Assembly: GCA_965214865.1 (NCBI GenBank)
Contig: CBDCCN010000004.1
Location: 2,801,300 to 2,865,299 of the forward strand
From: Vicinamibacterales bacterium
GTDB taxonomy: Bacteria; Acidobacteriota; Vicinamibacteria; Vicinamibacterales; UBA8438
Reading direction: 5' to 3'
Length of the DNA: 64,000 bases
Shown: in pieces, positions 25,636-33,586 of the stretch
Layout of the letters: each line of letters begins with the position of its first letter
How positions within the stretch are numbered: the stretch's first letter is position 1
Notes under the pieces: model-generated
Seen by the model: only the letters and a program-made list of their open reading frames with translations
Databases searched by the model: none
Told to the model about the DNA's origin: nothing
Made by a program: the position numbers and the translations under genes

Positions 25636-27174
25636 ATGGAGTCGAGATATCGTGAGCACATGCACAAGGTCGAGCTGCGCCTGTCGGGACCGGCCGCGGT
25701 TCCGGTCTGCATTCTTCTGGCCTGGAACGCGCTCTTCGCGGCGCCGGCCGGCGGGGAGCAGGCCGGCCAGCGCGCGGCGATGCTGGCCCGCGCCGCGGCG
25801 GCCGAGCTCGACACCGAGTACGTCGCCCCGCCCGGCGACCCGCTGTCGCACCACATCTCCGGCTTCGCCAAGACCCTTTGTTCGGCCGTCTTCGTCACCG
25901 GTCTCGACCCGGACTTCGCGGCCGAGAGCGTCGGGTTCTTCAGCGGACCCTACGAGCACCGGCGCCGCGTCACGAACCGCGAGGTCGACAACGACGAGCG
26001 GCGCATCCACCTGACCCTGCCGAACGGGGTCGTCCGCACCGCGAAGCTGAACGGCGATCACGGCTGCGTCACCCTGCCGGTCGGGGAGGACGACGTCTTC
26101 TTCGAGCCGATCGACATCCGGAGTGCGCTGCCGGACCCGGCGACCACGCCGTGGCCGATGGGAGACGTGCTGCCCGGCACGCCGCTGCCCGCCGACATCG
26201 ACGCGGACAAGGTCCGGCAGGCGGTCGACGCCGCCTTCGAGCCGGCCGAGGGACTGACCGCGGCGTTCGTCGTGACCCACAAGGGACGCATCATCGGCGA
26301 GCGCTACGGTCCCGGCATCACCATGCGCACGCCGCTCGAAAGCTGGTCGATGGGCAAGAGCCTGACCGCGACCCTGATGGGCGTGCTGATCCAGCAGGGC
26401 GTCTACGAGCTCTACCAGCCCGCGCCGGTGCCGGAGTGGCAGACGCCCGGAGATCCGCGCCGACAGATCCGCATCGCGGACATCCTGCGCATGTCCAGCG
26501 GCATCCGGTTCCGCGGCGTCGCCGATCCGGACCTCGATCCGTCGCTCGGCTATCCCGACCATCTCTACGTCTACACCGGCTCGGCGAACTCCTTCGAGTG
26601 GGCGGCGACCCGTCCCCAGCAGTGGCCGCCGAACACCATCGGCCGCTATCGCAACTCCGATCCGGTGCTGACCAACTACCTGGTCCGGCTCGGCGTGGAG
26701 GGCCGCGGCGACGAGTACCTGTCGTTCCCGCAGCGCGAACTCTTCGACCGGATCGGCGTCCGCGGATTCGTGCTGGAGACCGATCCCTACGGCAACTACC
26801 TGCTGCAGGGCTACGAGCTGGCCCCGGCCCGCGACTGGGCGCGGCTCGGCAACCTCTACCTGCAGGACGGCGTCTGGAACGGCGAGCGGATCCTCCCGGA
26901 GGGCTTCGTCGACTTCGTCAGCACCGTGGCGCCCGCGTGGGAGGCCGACGGCCGGCCGATCTACGGCGGCTTCTTCTGGATCAACGGCACCGGCTCGTTC
27001 CCGGTCCCGCGCGACGCGTACTACATGTCCGGGGCAGGCGGCCAGACGACCCTGATCGTTCCGTCGCACGACCTGGTCGTCGTCCGGCAGGGGCACTATC
27101 GCGGCGCGCGGTTCGGCGGACAGGCGCTGCGGCGCGCTCTGGCGCTGCTGATGGAGGCGGTGCCGGCGAGCTGA
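25636..27174 (+). CDS. beta-lactamase-family serine hydrolase
   Basis: The ATG at 25636 follows GGAGGGGG. SxxK motif is SWSMGKSLTA, YxN is RYRNSD, and there is a late GGQT/HD region. The N-terminus has a hydrophobic segment (VPVCILLAWNALFAAPAGG). Confidence 0.85.
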   Translation: MESRYREHMHKVELRLSGPAAVPVCILLAWNALFAAPAGGEQAGQRAAMLARAAAAELDTEYVAPPGDPLSHHISGFAKTLCSAVFVTGLDPDFAAESVGFFSGPYEHRRRVTNREVDNDERRIHLTLPNGVVRTAKLNGDHGCVTLPVGEDDVFFEPIDIRSALPDPATTPWPMGDVLPGTPLPADIDADKVRQAVDAAFEPAEGLTAAFVVTHKGRIIGERYGPGITMRTPLESWSMGKSLTATLMGVLIQQGVYELYQPAPVPEWQTPGDPRRQIRIADILRMSSGIRFRGVADPDLDPSLGYPDHLYVYTGSANSFEWAATRPQQWPPNTIGRYRNSDPVLTNYLVRLGVEGRGDEYLSFPQRELFDRIGVRGFVLETDPYGNYLLQGYELAPARDWARLGNLYLQDGVWNGERILPEGFVDFVSTVAPAWEADGRPIYGGFFWINGTGSFPVPRDAYYMSGAGGQTTLIVPSHDLVVVRQGHYRGARFGGQALRRALALLMEAVPAS

Positions 27175-27298
27175 TCGGGAAGAGGCGGCGCCGTCGCAGG
27201 CCGCCGAGTCGGTTTCGGCAGCCTGCGGCACACGCCGGACGTCGTTCGCGCTTCCGACGCCACCTTGTCTCGCGCGAGCGCGTCTCGAAAACGGTCCG

Positions 27299-28117
27299 TC
27301 AGCTCACGCTCGCCAGCGGCTCGAGGCCCGTCGCGGCGATCGTCGGGGCCGCCTCCGGAGAAGACAGGAAGTCAATGAGCTGCTGCGCGCCGGCCGGATT
27401 GTCCGCGTCCGTCGTGATCCCCGTCGAGAACATCGTCACCCTCTGATATTCGTCCGGAATGGGACCGGCGTACGCCGCACCCTCGATCGACAGTATCTCG
27501 CTCACCTGCTGAAAGCCGACCTCGACGTCGCCGCGCGCCACGACCGCGGCCACGCGTTCGCTGACGATGCGCCGGCTCTTCGGTGCGAGCTGCTCGGCCA
27601 AGCCGAGCCCGGGAAACAGTTCCGTGGACACGTAGGTCCCGCTGACGCTCGCCGAGTAGCCGATGGACTCGGCTGCGAGCAACGTCTCCACGAACGCCTC
27701 GGGCGTGCTGATGTCCGGCAGGGGCGCTCCCTCGCGCACCGCCATGCCGATCGACGAGCTGGCCAGATCGACCCGCGTGTCCGGCCGGACCAGTCCCCGT
27801 GCGGCGAGTGTGTGCAGGCCGGCCTGCGACATGATCAGGACGTCGAAACGTTCCCCGCGCTCCAGTCTGGCCGGGATCGAATCGGGAGCGCCGCCGGTCG
27901 ACGCGCCGTACGCGGTCACCAGCCGGATGCCGGTCGCGTCCTGAAACCGCGGGGCGAGCACATCGTAGGCCGCGGCCAGACCGCCCGACGTCACCACGGC
28001 CACGGCGGGGTTCGCTTCCGCCCGGGCGGCGGCGGGCGCAACGCCGGACGGCGGCGCGCAGGCCGCGAGCCGTGTCGCCGGCGCGAGCAGCAAGCCGAAG
28101 AACAGCCGTCTGTGCAT
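27299..28117 (-). CDS. ModA-like periplasmic substrate-binding lipoprotein (orphan, no transporter genes nearby)
   Basis: Lipobox is TRLAAC. The sequence is colinear with the molybdate/tungstate-type SBP fold (VVTSGGLAAAYDVL...FDVLIMSQAG...GYSASVSGTY...VGFQQVSEI). Confidence 0.75.
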   Translation of the reverse strand: MHRRLFFGLLLAPATRLAACAPPSGVAPAAARAEANPAVAVVTSGGLAAAYDVLAPRFQDATGIRLVTAYGASTGGAPDSIPARLERGERFDVLIMSQAGLHTLAARGLVRPDTRVDLASSSIGMAVREGAPLPDISTPEAFVETLLAAESIGYSASVSGTYVSTELFPGLGLAEQLAPKSRRIVSERVAAVVARGDVEVGFQQVSEILSIEGAAYAGPIPDEYQRVTMFSTGITTDADNPAGAQQLIDFLSSPEAAPTIAATGLEPLASVS

Positions 28118-28159
28118 GCCCCGGACCGTCGGAACGGAATCCCGCGCCAGCCGATGGTA

Positions 28160-28510
28160 TCAGGACACGAACGGACGGGTCCTGCCGACGACCCGGCGGG
28201 TCACGCGCACGCCGGTCACGCGCTGCGGCTCGTGGTGGATCGGGCTCCGCGGACGCATCGGCGTCGGTCGGGGACGCGGGGCGACCGGGCTCCACGGCGC
28301 CGTGCCCGGATTCTCGTCCGCGGGCGCCGGCCAGTCGTCGTCGGCGCCGTGGCTGGTGACGTGCAGCACGTCCTCCTTCGGGAAGGCGGCGATGGGCATG
28401 CCGTCGTGGCGGACGCACAGCAGGTCGTTCATGGTGGTGATCTCGTTGCCCTGCACGGTCGCGGTCGCGGCCCTGCCGCGGTGGTCGTACCTGATGGTGA
28501 ACGTTCTCAT
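28160..28510 (-). CDS. hypothetical small protein
   Basis: ATG at 28510 with GAGGGAA upstream. The first ~60 aa (MRTFTIRYDHRGRAATATVQGNEITTMNDLLCVRHDGMPIAAFPKEDVLHV) look protein-like. The C-terminal half is P/R-rich. Confidence 0.35.
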   Translation of the reverse strand: MRTFTIRYDHRGRAATATVQGNEITTMNDLLCVRHDGMPIAAFPKEDVLHVTSHGADDDWPAPADENPGTAPWSPVAPRPRPTPMRPRSPIHHEPQRVTGVRVTRRVVGRTRPFVS

Positions 28511-28918
28511 GCGCCGTTCCCTCTGGTTGCGATAGTCCTTGTCCGTGAGACCGGTTCCTAGCGCGCGGAGCGGACCAGACGGACGGCCTGTCGGTCTTCC
28601 CGGTCGACCTCGGTCTCCTCGCACGCGGAGCGGACCAGGCCGGTATGTATACATGTCGGTCGTTGGCGCGCACCCGAACAGGGCCGCCGCCGACGTTCTC
28701 GATCCCGGTCGAGACGGGGCGGCCGCATCGACGCGCCGGCAACACCTGCCGGCTGCTCGCGGGGCGCGCGGTCCGGCCGTCGGGTCCGGTCTCGGCGCGG
28801 TGCAAGGGCCCCACGAATCGTGCGGTGCGGAAGCAGATTCGGTGCGAGAACGGATCACAGGCATCCTGCGGCGGGAAAGACTGGTTTCAGCGGGGGGGCG
28901 GAACGAAGCAACGGCGAA

Positions 28919-29808
28919 ATGACAGTGACGCGCTTGCAGATCGGGGCGCTGGAGGAGTCGGTCACGGTCACCCGGGAGTCGCCGCTGGTCGACCTGACCT
29001 CGACGCAGGTCGGCGGCAACGTCTCCCTGGAGGAACTGAAGGACCTGCCGTCGTCGAGCCGCAACTTCACCAGCTTCATCGCCCTGCTGCCCGGCGTGCA
29101 GTTGACGCCGTCGAGCAGCCCCAGCTCGTCCGGCGTCCGCATCAACGGCCAGGACCAGACCGGCATCGTGTTCATGCTGGACGGCGGGGCCGACAACGAC
29201 GACCTGCGCGGCGGGCAGTCGCAGGCGAAACCGGCCCTCGAGGCGGTCGCCGAGTTCCAGGTCGTCACCAACCAGATGGACGCGGAGTACGAGTCCGCCA
29301 CCTCCGGCGTCGTCAACGCCATCAGCAAGACGGGGACCAACGAGTTCCACGGCAGCGGGTTCGGCTTCTACACGAGCGGGGGCCTGACCGCGGAGGACTT
29401 CTTCGTCAGGCAGCAGGACCTCGAGAAGCCCGGTACATGAGCGGCACGCCGTTCACGATCCACGACAGCGACTTCGACCCGAACCGCAACGGCCTGTCCC
29501 CGGACCCGCTGCCGCCCGGCGCCTACAGCGGCACGGGGCAGAACGCGATCACGGTGGAGAACGAAGGCGGGCTCAGAGGCGCCTACGGGCCCGACTACTT
29601 CCAGCTCGACATGCGGATCGGCTACCGCTATCGGGGAGGGGGAGAGCAGACGGTCGACGTCTTCGGCGAGCTCTTCAACCTGACCAACCGGGTCAACTTC
29701 GTCAACCCGTCGGGTGACCGGCGGTCCGGCAACTTCCTCGTCCCGACCCAGCTTCTGGCCGGCGGTTATCCGCGCCAGTTCCAGGTCGGCATCCGGTACG
29801 GCTTCTGA
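28919..29808 (+). pseudogene. TonB-dependent receptor remnant (plug region + last beta-strands only)
   Basis: Plug-like N-terminal part: ESVTVTRESPLVDLTSTQVGGNV..LKDLPSSSRNF..LLPGV...RINGQD...MLDGGADND...AVAEFQVVTNQMDAEYESATSGVVNAISKTGTNEFHGSGFGFY. It stops at 29438-29440. The other frame continues to a typical TBDR C-terminus (VDVFGELFNLTNRVNFVNP...YPRQFQVGIRYGF). About 300 aa remain, compared with ~1000 aa in intact genes. Confidence 0.65.
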
Positions 29809-29891
29809 TCGATTTTCGGCGGAGGGAATGGACGGCGTCCGGCTCGCAGGCGACTGCGAGCCGGATCTTCTTCGACGTCGGGTCTCCTCAA

Positions 29892-30344
29892 TCAGTACCG
29901 AGTGTCTTCCGCGGTCGCGACCGCGAGAATGATCAGGCCGACCGCGGTAGCGCTTCCGAGCCACGCCCCCTTCCTGCGCTTCCCGCCGGCTGCGTCGCTG
30001 TATCCCGCCGAGTAGCAGCGCGCATCGTCGCCGCGGTATTGCAAGACCGTGTCCGCCGGTGGTTGTGGCGTACTGACGTGCGCGACGATGGGCATGATCA
30101 CGGGGAGGAACAGGCCGCCGAGGAACCAGCCGACCGATCCCTGTCGCCGTTGTCCGTCTGTAGAGCCGTCCGTGGCGGCGGCCGCGCAACTGGTCTGCGA
30201 CGGCTGCATGGCAACCTTGGCGAGTCGCGTGTCGTTGGCGCGCTGGAGTGCCAAGTCCAGAAGATGACCGGCTTGAACCGGCGTGCCGGAGACGAGCAGT
30301 CCCCCGATGAGTCCGAGTGCGGTTACGTTGCGCATCTGTACCAT
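29892..30344 (-). CDS. hypothetical membrane/secreted protein
   Basis: ATG at 30344 with AAGGGAGG upstream. It has an N-terminal hydrophobic segment and two further hydrophobic segments (GWFLGGLFLPVIMPIVA, AWLGSATAVGLIILAVA). Confidence 0.55.
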   Translation of the reverse strand: MVQMRNVTALGLIGGLLVSGTPVQAGHLLDLALQRANDTRLAKVAMQPSQTSCAAAATDGSTDGQRRQGSVGWFLGGLFLPVIMPIVAHVSTPQPPADTVLQYRGDDARCYSAGYSDAAGGKRRKGAWLGSATAVGLIILAVATAEDTRY

Positions 30345-30477
30345 CTGTACCTCCCTTGTTCACACTACTACTACCAGCCGAAGTTTTTGCTCAACCGGAA
30401 CTCGCGGCGACGCAGATCGACGGACGGGCGTGATTCCTAACTAACTTCAGCTTCCTGAAACGGTACGGTTGGCCGAT

Positions 30478-30512
30478 GTCAGAACCTGTCGGTTGCCGAC
30501 AGAATTTCTGAC
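30478..30512. promoter_or_regulatory. interrupted 14-bp inverted repeat carrying the GTCAGAnCCTGTCnG motif
   Basis: GTCAGAA-c-CTGTCGG-ttg-CCGACAG-aat-TTCTGAC. It lies 54 nt beyond the stop of the WYL regulator gene. A 13/15-identical half-site occurs at 31709-31723 upstream of that gene. Confidence 0.35.
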
Positions 30513-30565
30513 GCGCGTGTCTTGGGCGGGAGTCCGGGGGGCGCTGGGGGCGCTGGGGACAGCCG

Positions 30566-31594
30566 TCAGATCAGGTCAGGCAGCCGGGTGGGGGCGCCGT
30601 CACCGGGCGCCGGCAGTCCGGGCAGTTCGAGCTGCCTGTCGCGGGCCGCGGACGTCGACCGATCGTCGTCCCGGTGCCGCTCGAACGCGCCGCCGGCGAT
30701 CTCGGCGACCCGCGCGACGAGGGCGGGCGGCTCGACGGCGCGGGCTGCGCCGGCGAAGCCCACGATCCAGCGGGCGATCTCGTCGAGGTGCGAGAGGGTG
30801 ACGCGGTACTCCAGTGCTCCGTTCTCCAGTGGTTTCGTGCGTTCCTCGGGATGGTGGGTTCCTGCCGTGACCAGCGGCGCGAGCGACGCATCGAAGTGGA
30901 CGACGATCGCGTGCAGGGTCCGGCCCTTGTACACCCCCCAGGTTTGCTGAAGGAAGGTCTCGAGATCGAAGGCCGGCCGTTCGAAGGCGCCCTCGAGCGG
31001 CTTCGCTTCGGCGATCCGATCGAGACGAAAGGTGCGGACTTCGCGGTGCAGGTGACATTGCCCGACCAGATACCAGGCGTTTTCCCGATGGAAGACCTCG
31101 TACGGATCGATGCCGCGCCACATCCGGCTGTGGCTCCACAAGGAGCGGTAGAGCATGGACACCGGGGTGTGTTCGCGAATCGAACGGTTCAGCAACGCCG
31201 TCAGTTCCTTCGCAATGGCGCCGGAGCGTTCCGGTCCGGCCAGGGTGAGTGCGCCGGGCGTTTCCTCCAACTGCCGGGTGGCGGAGTCCAGCTTCCGGTC
31301 CAACGCCGCGGTCACATCCGATGCGATGCGCAGGGCCGGTTGGTTCAGCAGCAGCTTCAGCGTCGCGCGTTCGGTGGCGGTCAGGGCCAACTGCGGCATC
31401 GTTGCGCCCTCGACCAGCCGGTAGCCGTGTTCGTCGCGCGTGATCGGGATGCTCTCCAGCCGCTGAAGGTCCTGCAGGTCGCGGTACACGGTGCGTTCCG
31501 AAACGCCGAAGTGTTCGGCGATCTCGGCCGGTCGCCGGGAGCGGCGCCCGCCCAGAAGCTGGAGGATCTCGATGAGACGAATCGGACGGTCCAC
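30566..31594 (-). CDS. YafY-like transcriptional regulator (wHTH + WYL + C-terminal extension)
   Basis: GTG at 31594 with GAGGGGAG upstream. HTH region is RLIEILQLLGGRRSRRPAEIAEHFGVSERTVYRDLQDL. WYL region is IDPYEVFHRENAWYLVGQCHLHREVRTFRLDRI. Confidence 0.85.
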   Translation of the reverse strand: MDRPIRLIEILQLLGGRRSRRPAEIAEHFGVSERTVYRDLQDLQRLESIPITRDEHGYRLVEGATMPQLALTATERATLKLLLNQPALRIASDVTAALDRKLDSATRQLEETPGALTLAGPERSGAIAKELTALLNRSIREHTPVSMLYRSLWSHSRMWRGIDPYEVFHRENAWYLVGQCHLHREVRTFRLDRIAEAKPLEGAFERPAFDLETFLQQTWGVYKGRTLHAIVVHFDASLAPLVTAGTHHPEERTKPLENGALEYRVTLSHLDEIARWIVGFAGAARAVEPPALVARVAEIAGGAFERHRDDDRSTSAARDRQLELPGLPAPGDGAPTRLPDLI

Positions 31595-31854
31595 AGGTGC
31601 TCCCCTCGTTCACCGCATCGAGTTCGGACGCCGGGTTTCCGTCGGCCGCGGCGGAGGACGGCGGCCCATGCCGACTCCGCCCCCCACTTCAACTTATCGG
31701 GCGCGTGCGTCAGATCCTGTCAGCCGGGTGGGCATGAGGGGGCGGATTCCCGGCGGTCCGGTCGCCGGACACCCTCGACCGGCGGTTCGCGCCCGGTTGC
31801 GCGTGCTACGCTGGATGGATGCGTGACACGATGATTCCCGGGAGGCGAGGCGCC

Positions 31855-32853
31855 ATGCGCAGGTCGGTATTGCTGGCAGGTTTTCTGATGGCGGGATGCG
31901 GCGGCGTGCCGGAGCCGGAGCCGGAGCCGGCCCCGGCGCCCGAGCCGGGCGCGGGGACGATAGAACGTCTGGATCCGTCCTTCGACCGGCTGGTGCCGGC
32001 CGACGCCGTGATCGAGCATCTGGCCGGGGGGTTCGGCTTCACCGAGGGACCCGTCTGGGTCGAGGACGCCGGCGGATTCCTGCTGTTCAGCGACATCCCC
32101 GGCAACCGCATCGTCCGGTGGGCGCCGGACGGGACGGTCAGCGACTTTCTCGCTCCGGTCTACGAGGGCGAGCACGAGGAGGGCCGCCTGGTCGGCTCGA
32201 ACGGCATCACCGTGGACCCGGACGGCAACGTCGTCTTCACCGAGCATTTCAACGGCCGGATTTCGCGGATGGCGGCCGACGGGACGCGCAGCGTGGTGGT
32301 CGACAGCTACGAAGGCGGGCGGCTGAACAGCCCGAACGATCTCGACTACCACTCCGACGGCTCGCTCTACTTCACCGACCCGCCGTACGGGCTGCCGAGT
32401 CCGGAGGCGCGGGAGCAGGACGTCAACGGCATCTATCGGCTGAGCCCGGACGGCGAGCTTGCGCGCCTGGCCGAGCAGACCGGTCCCAACGGGATCGCCT
32501 TCTCGCCGGACGAGTCGCGCCTGTACGTGGCCGACAGCAGCACGCAGCAGTGGTTCGTGTATCCCGTGGCGGAGGACGGCGCGCTCGGCGAGGGCGAGCT
32601 GCTGTTCGACGCCGGCGGCTCCGAAGAGAGCGGGGCGGCCGACGGTCTGAAGGTCGACGAGCTGGGCAACCTCTGGGCGACCGGCCCCGGCGGCGTGTGG
32701 GTCATCCGGCCGGACGGTCTGCATCTGGGCACCATCAAGCCGAACGAGGTTCCGGCCAACGTGGCATGGGGCGCCGGCGACCGGCGCACCCTCTACATGA
32801 CGGCCCGCACCGGGCTGTATCGGATTCGCGTGAACGTGGCGGGAGACCGGTAG
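31855..32853 (+). CDS. SMP-30/gluconolactonase/LRE-family lipoprotein
   Basis: The ATG at 31855 follows GGAGG. Lipobox is FLMAGCGG. Motifs: FTEGPVW, LLFSDIPGNRIVRW, SNGITVDPDGNVVFTEH, LNSPNDLDYHSDGSLYFTDPPYG, PNGIAFSPDESRLYVADS, ADGLKVDELGNLW. Confidence 0.85.
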   Translation: MRRSVLLAGFLMAGCGGVPEPEPEPAPAPEPGAGTIERLDPSFDRLVPADAVIEHLAGGFGFTEGPVWVEDAGGFLLFSDIPGNRIVRWAPDGTVSDFLAPVYEGEHEEGRLVGSNGITVDPDGNVVFTEHFNGRISRMAADGTRSVVVDSYEGGRLNSPNDLDYHSDGSLYFTDPPYGLPSPEAREQDVNGIYRLSPDGELARLAEQTGPNGIAFSPDESRLYVADSSTQQWFVYPVAEDGALGEGELLFDAGGSEESGAADGLKVDELGNLWATGPGGVWVIRPDGLHLGTIKPNEVPANVAWGAGDRRTLYMTARTGLYRIRVNVAGDR

Positions 32854-32899
32854 TTCGGTGAAAACCGGTCTCGGTGCGGGTCAAGGAAGGAGATCGACC

Positions 32900-33142
32900 A
32901 TGCGCCATTCAACTGTCGCGGCGTTGATCACGGCGGTTGCGGTCGTACTGGCGGCGGCGCCGGCCGCGGCCCAGGATGCGGACGCCGGCTGGACGCCCGC
33001 GCGGACGCCCTGGGGACATCCGGACCTGCAGGGGATCTGGGACCAGACCACCGGGACGCCGCCGGAACGGGCGGCCGAAGGGAACTGCGGCATGGAGGGC
33101 ATCCTCGCCGGCCATCGCGCCGAGGAGCAGGCGCTGCGATAG
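32900..33142 (+). pseudogene. in-frame internally deleted mini-copy (P8) of the PDLQG/WEGDTLV family
   Basis: AAGGAGA RBS followed by MRHSTVAALITAVAVVLAAAPAAAQDADAGWTPARTPWGHPDLQGIWDQTTGTPPER. This is joined directly to the family C-terminus (EGNCGMEGILAGHRAEEQALR; compare P6 ACHEGNLGMEGILAGGRAEDAEEAR). It is 80 aa, against 324-358 aa for the intact full-length copies. The ORF is open, so it may still be translated. Confidence 0.6.
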
Positions 33143-33150
33143 GAACCGTC

Positions 33151-33486
33151 ATGCACGAGACGTACTATCACGCGGAGGATCTCGAACGCTTCGCGGAAAT
33201 CGGCAGGAACCGCCCCGAGCTGGCGGAAAAGTTTTTCGCATGGTACGAGGCGGTGTTCGAGGACGGGGCGCTGTCGGCGCGGGAGAAGTCGCTGATCGCC
33301 CTGGCCGTCGCGCACGCGGTGCAGTGTCCCTACTGCATAGACGCCTACAGCACCGACGCGCTGGAGAAGGGCGCCGACCTGGACCAGATGACCGAGGCGG
33401 TGCACGTGGCGTCGGCCATCCGCGGCGGCGCTTCGCTCGTCCACGGTGTGCAGATGCGCAACCACGCGAACCGGGTCGGCATGTGA
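33151..33486 (+). CDS. arsenosugar-biosynthesis-associated peroxidase-like protein (CMD/AhpD-like)
   Basis: 111 aa. The block EKSLIALAVAHAVQCPYCIDAYSTDALEKGADLDQMTEAVHVASAIRGGASLVHGVQMRN matches my memory of this conserved ArsS partner family. It starts 8 nt after P8. Confidence 0.8.
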   Translation: MHETYYHAEDLERFAEIGRNRPELAEKFFAWYEAVFEDGALSAREKSLIALAVAHAVQCPYCIDAYSTDALEKGADLDQMTEAVHVASAIRGGASLVHGVQMRNHANRVGM

Positions 33487-33586
33487 CCCGCGCGTGCGTG
33501 GCGCGATCGGCGACGATACTTTCGGGATGCCCTGACAGCGGCCAGGCTGACGAATCCGGGTCGGTGCGCGTTCCGGGGTAGAACAG

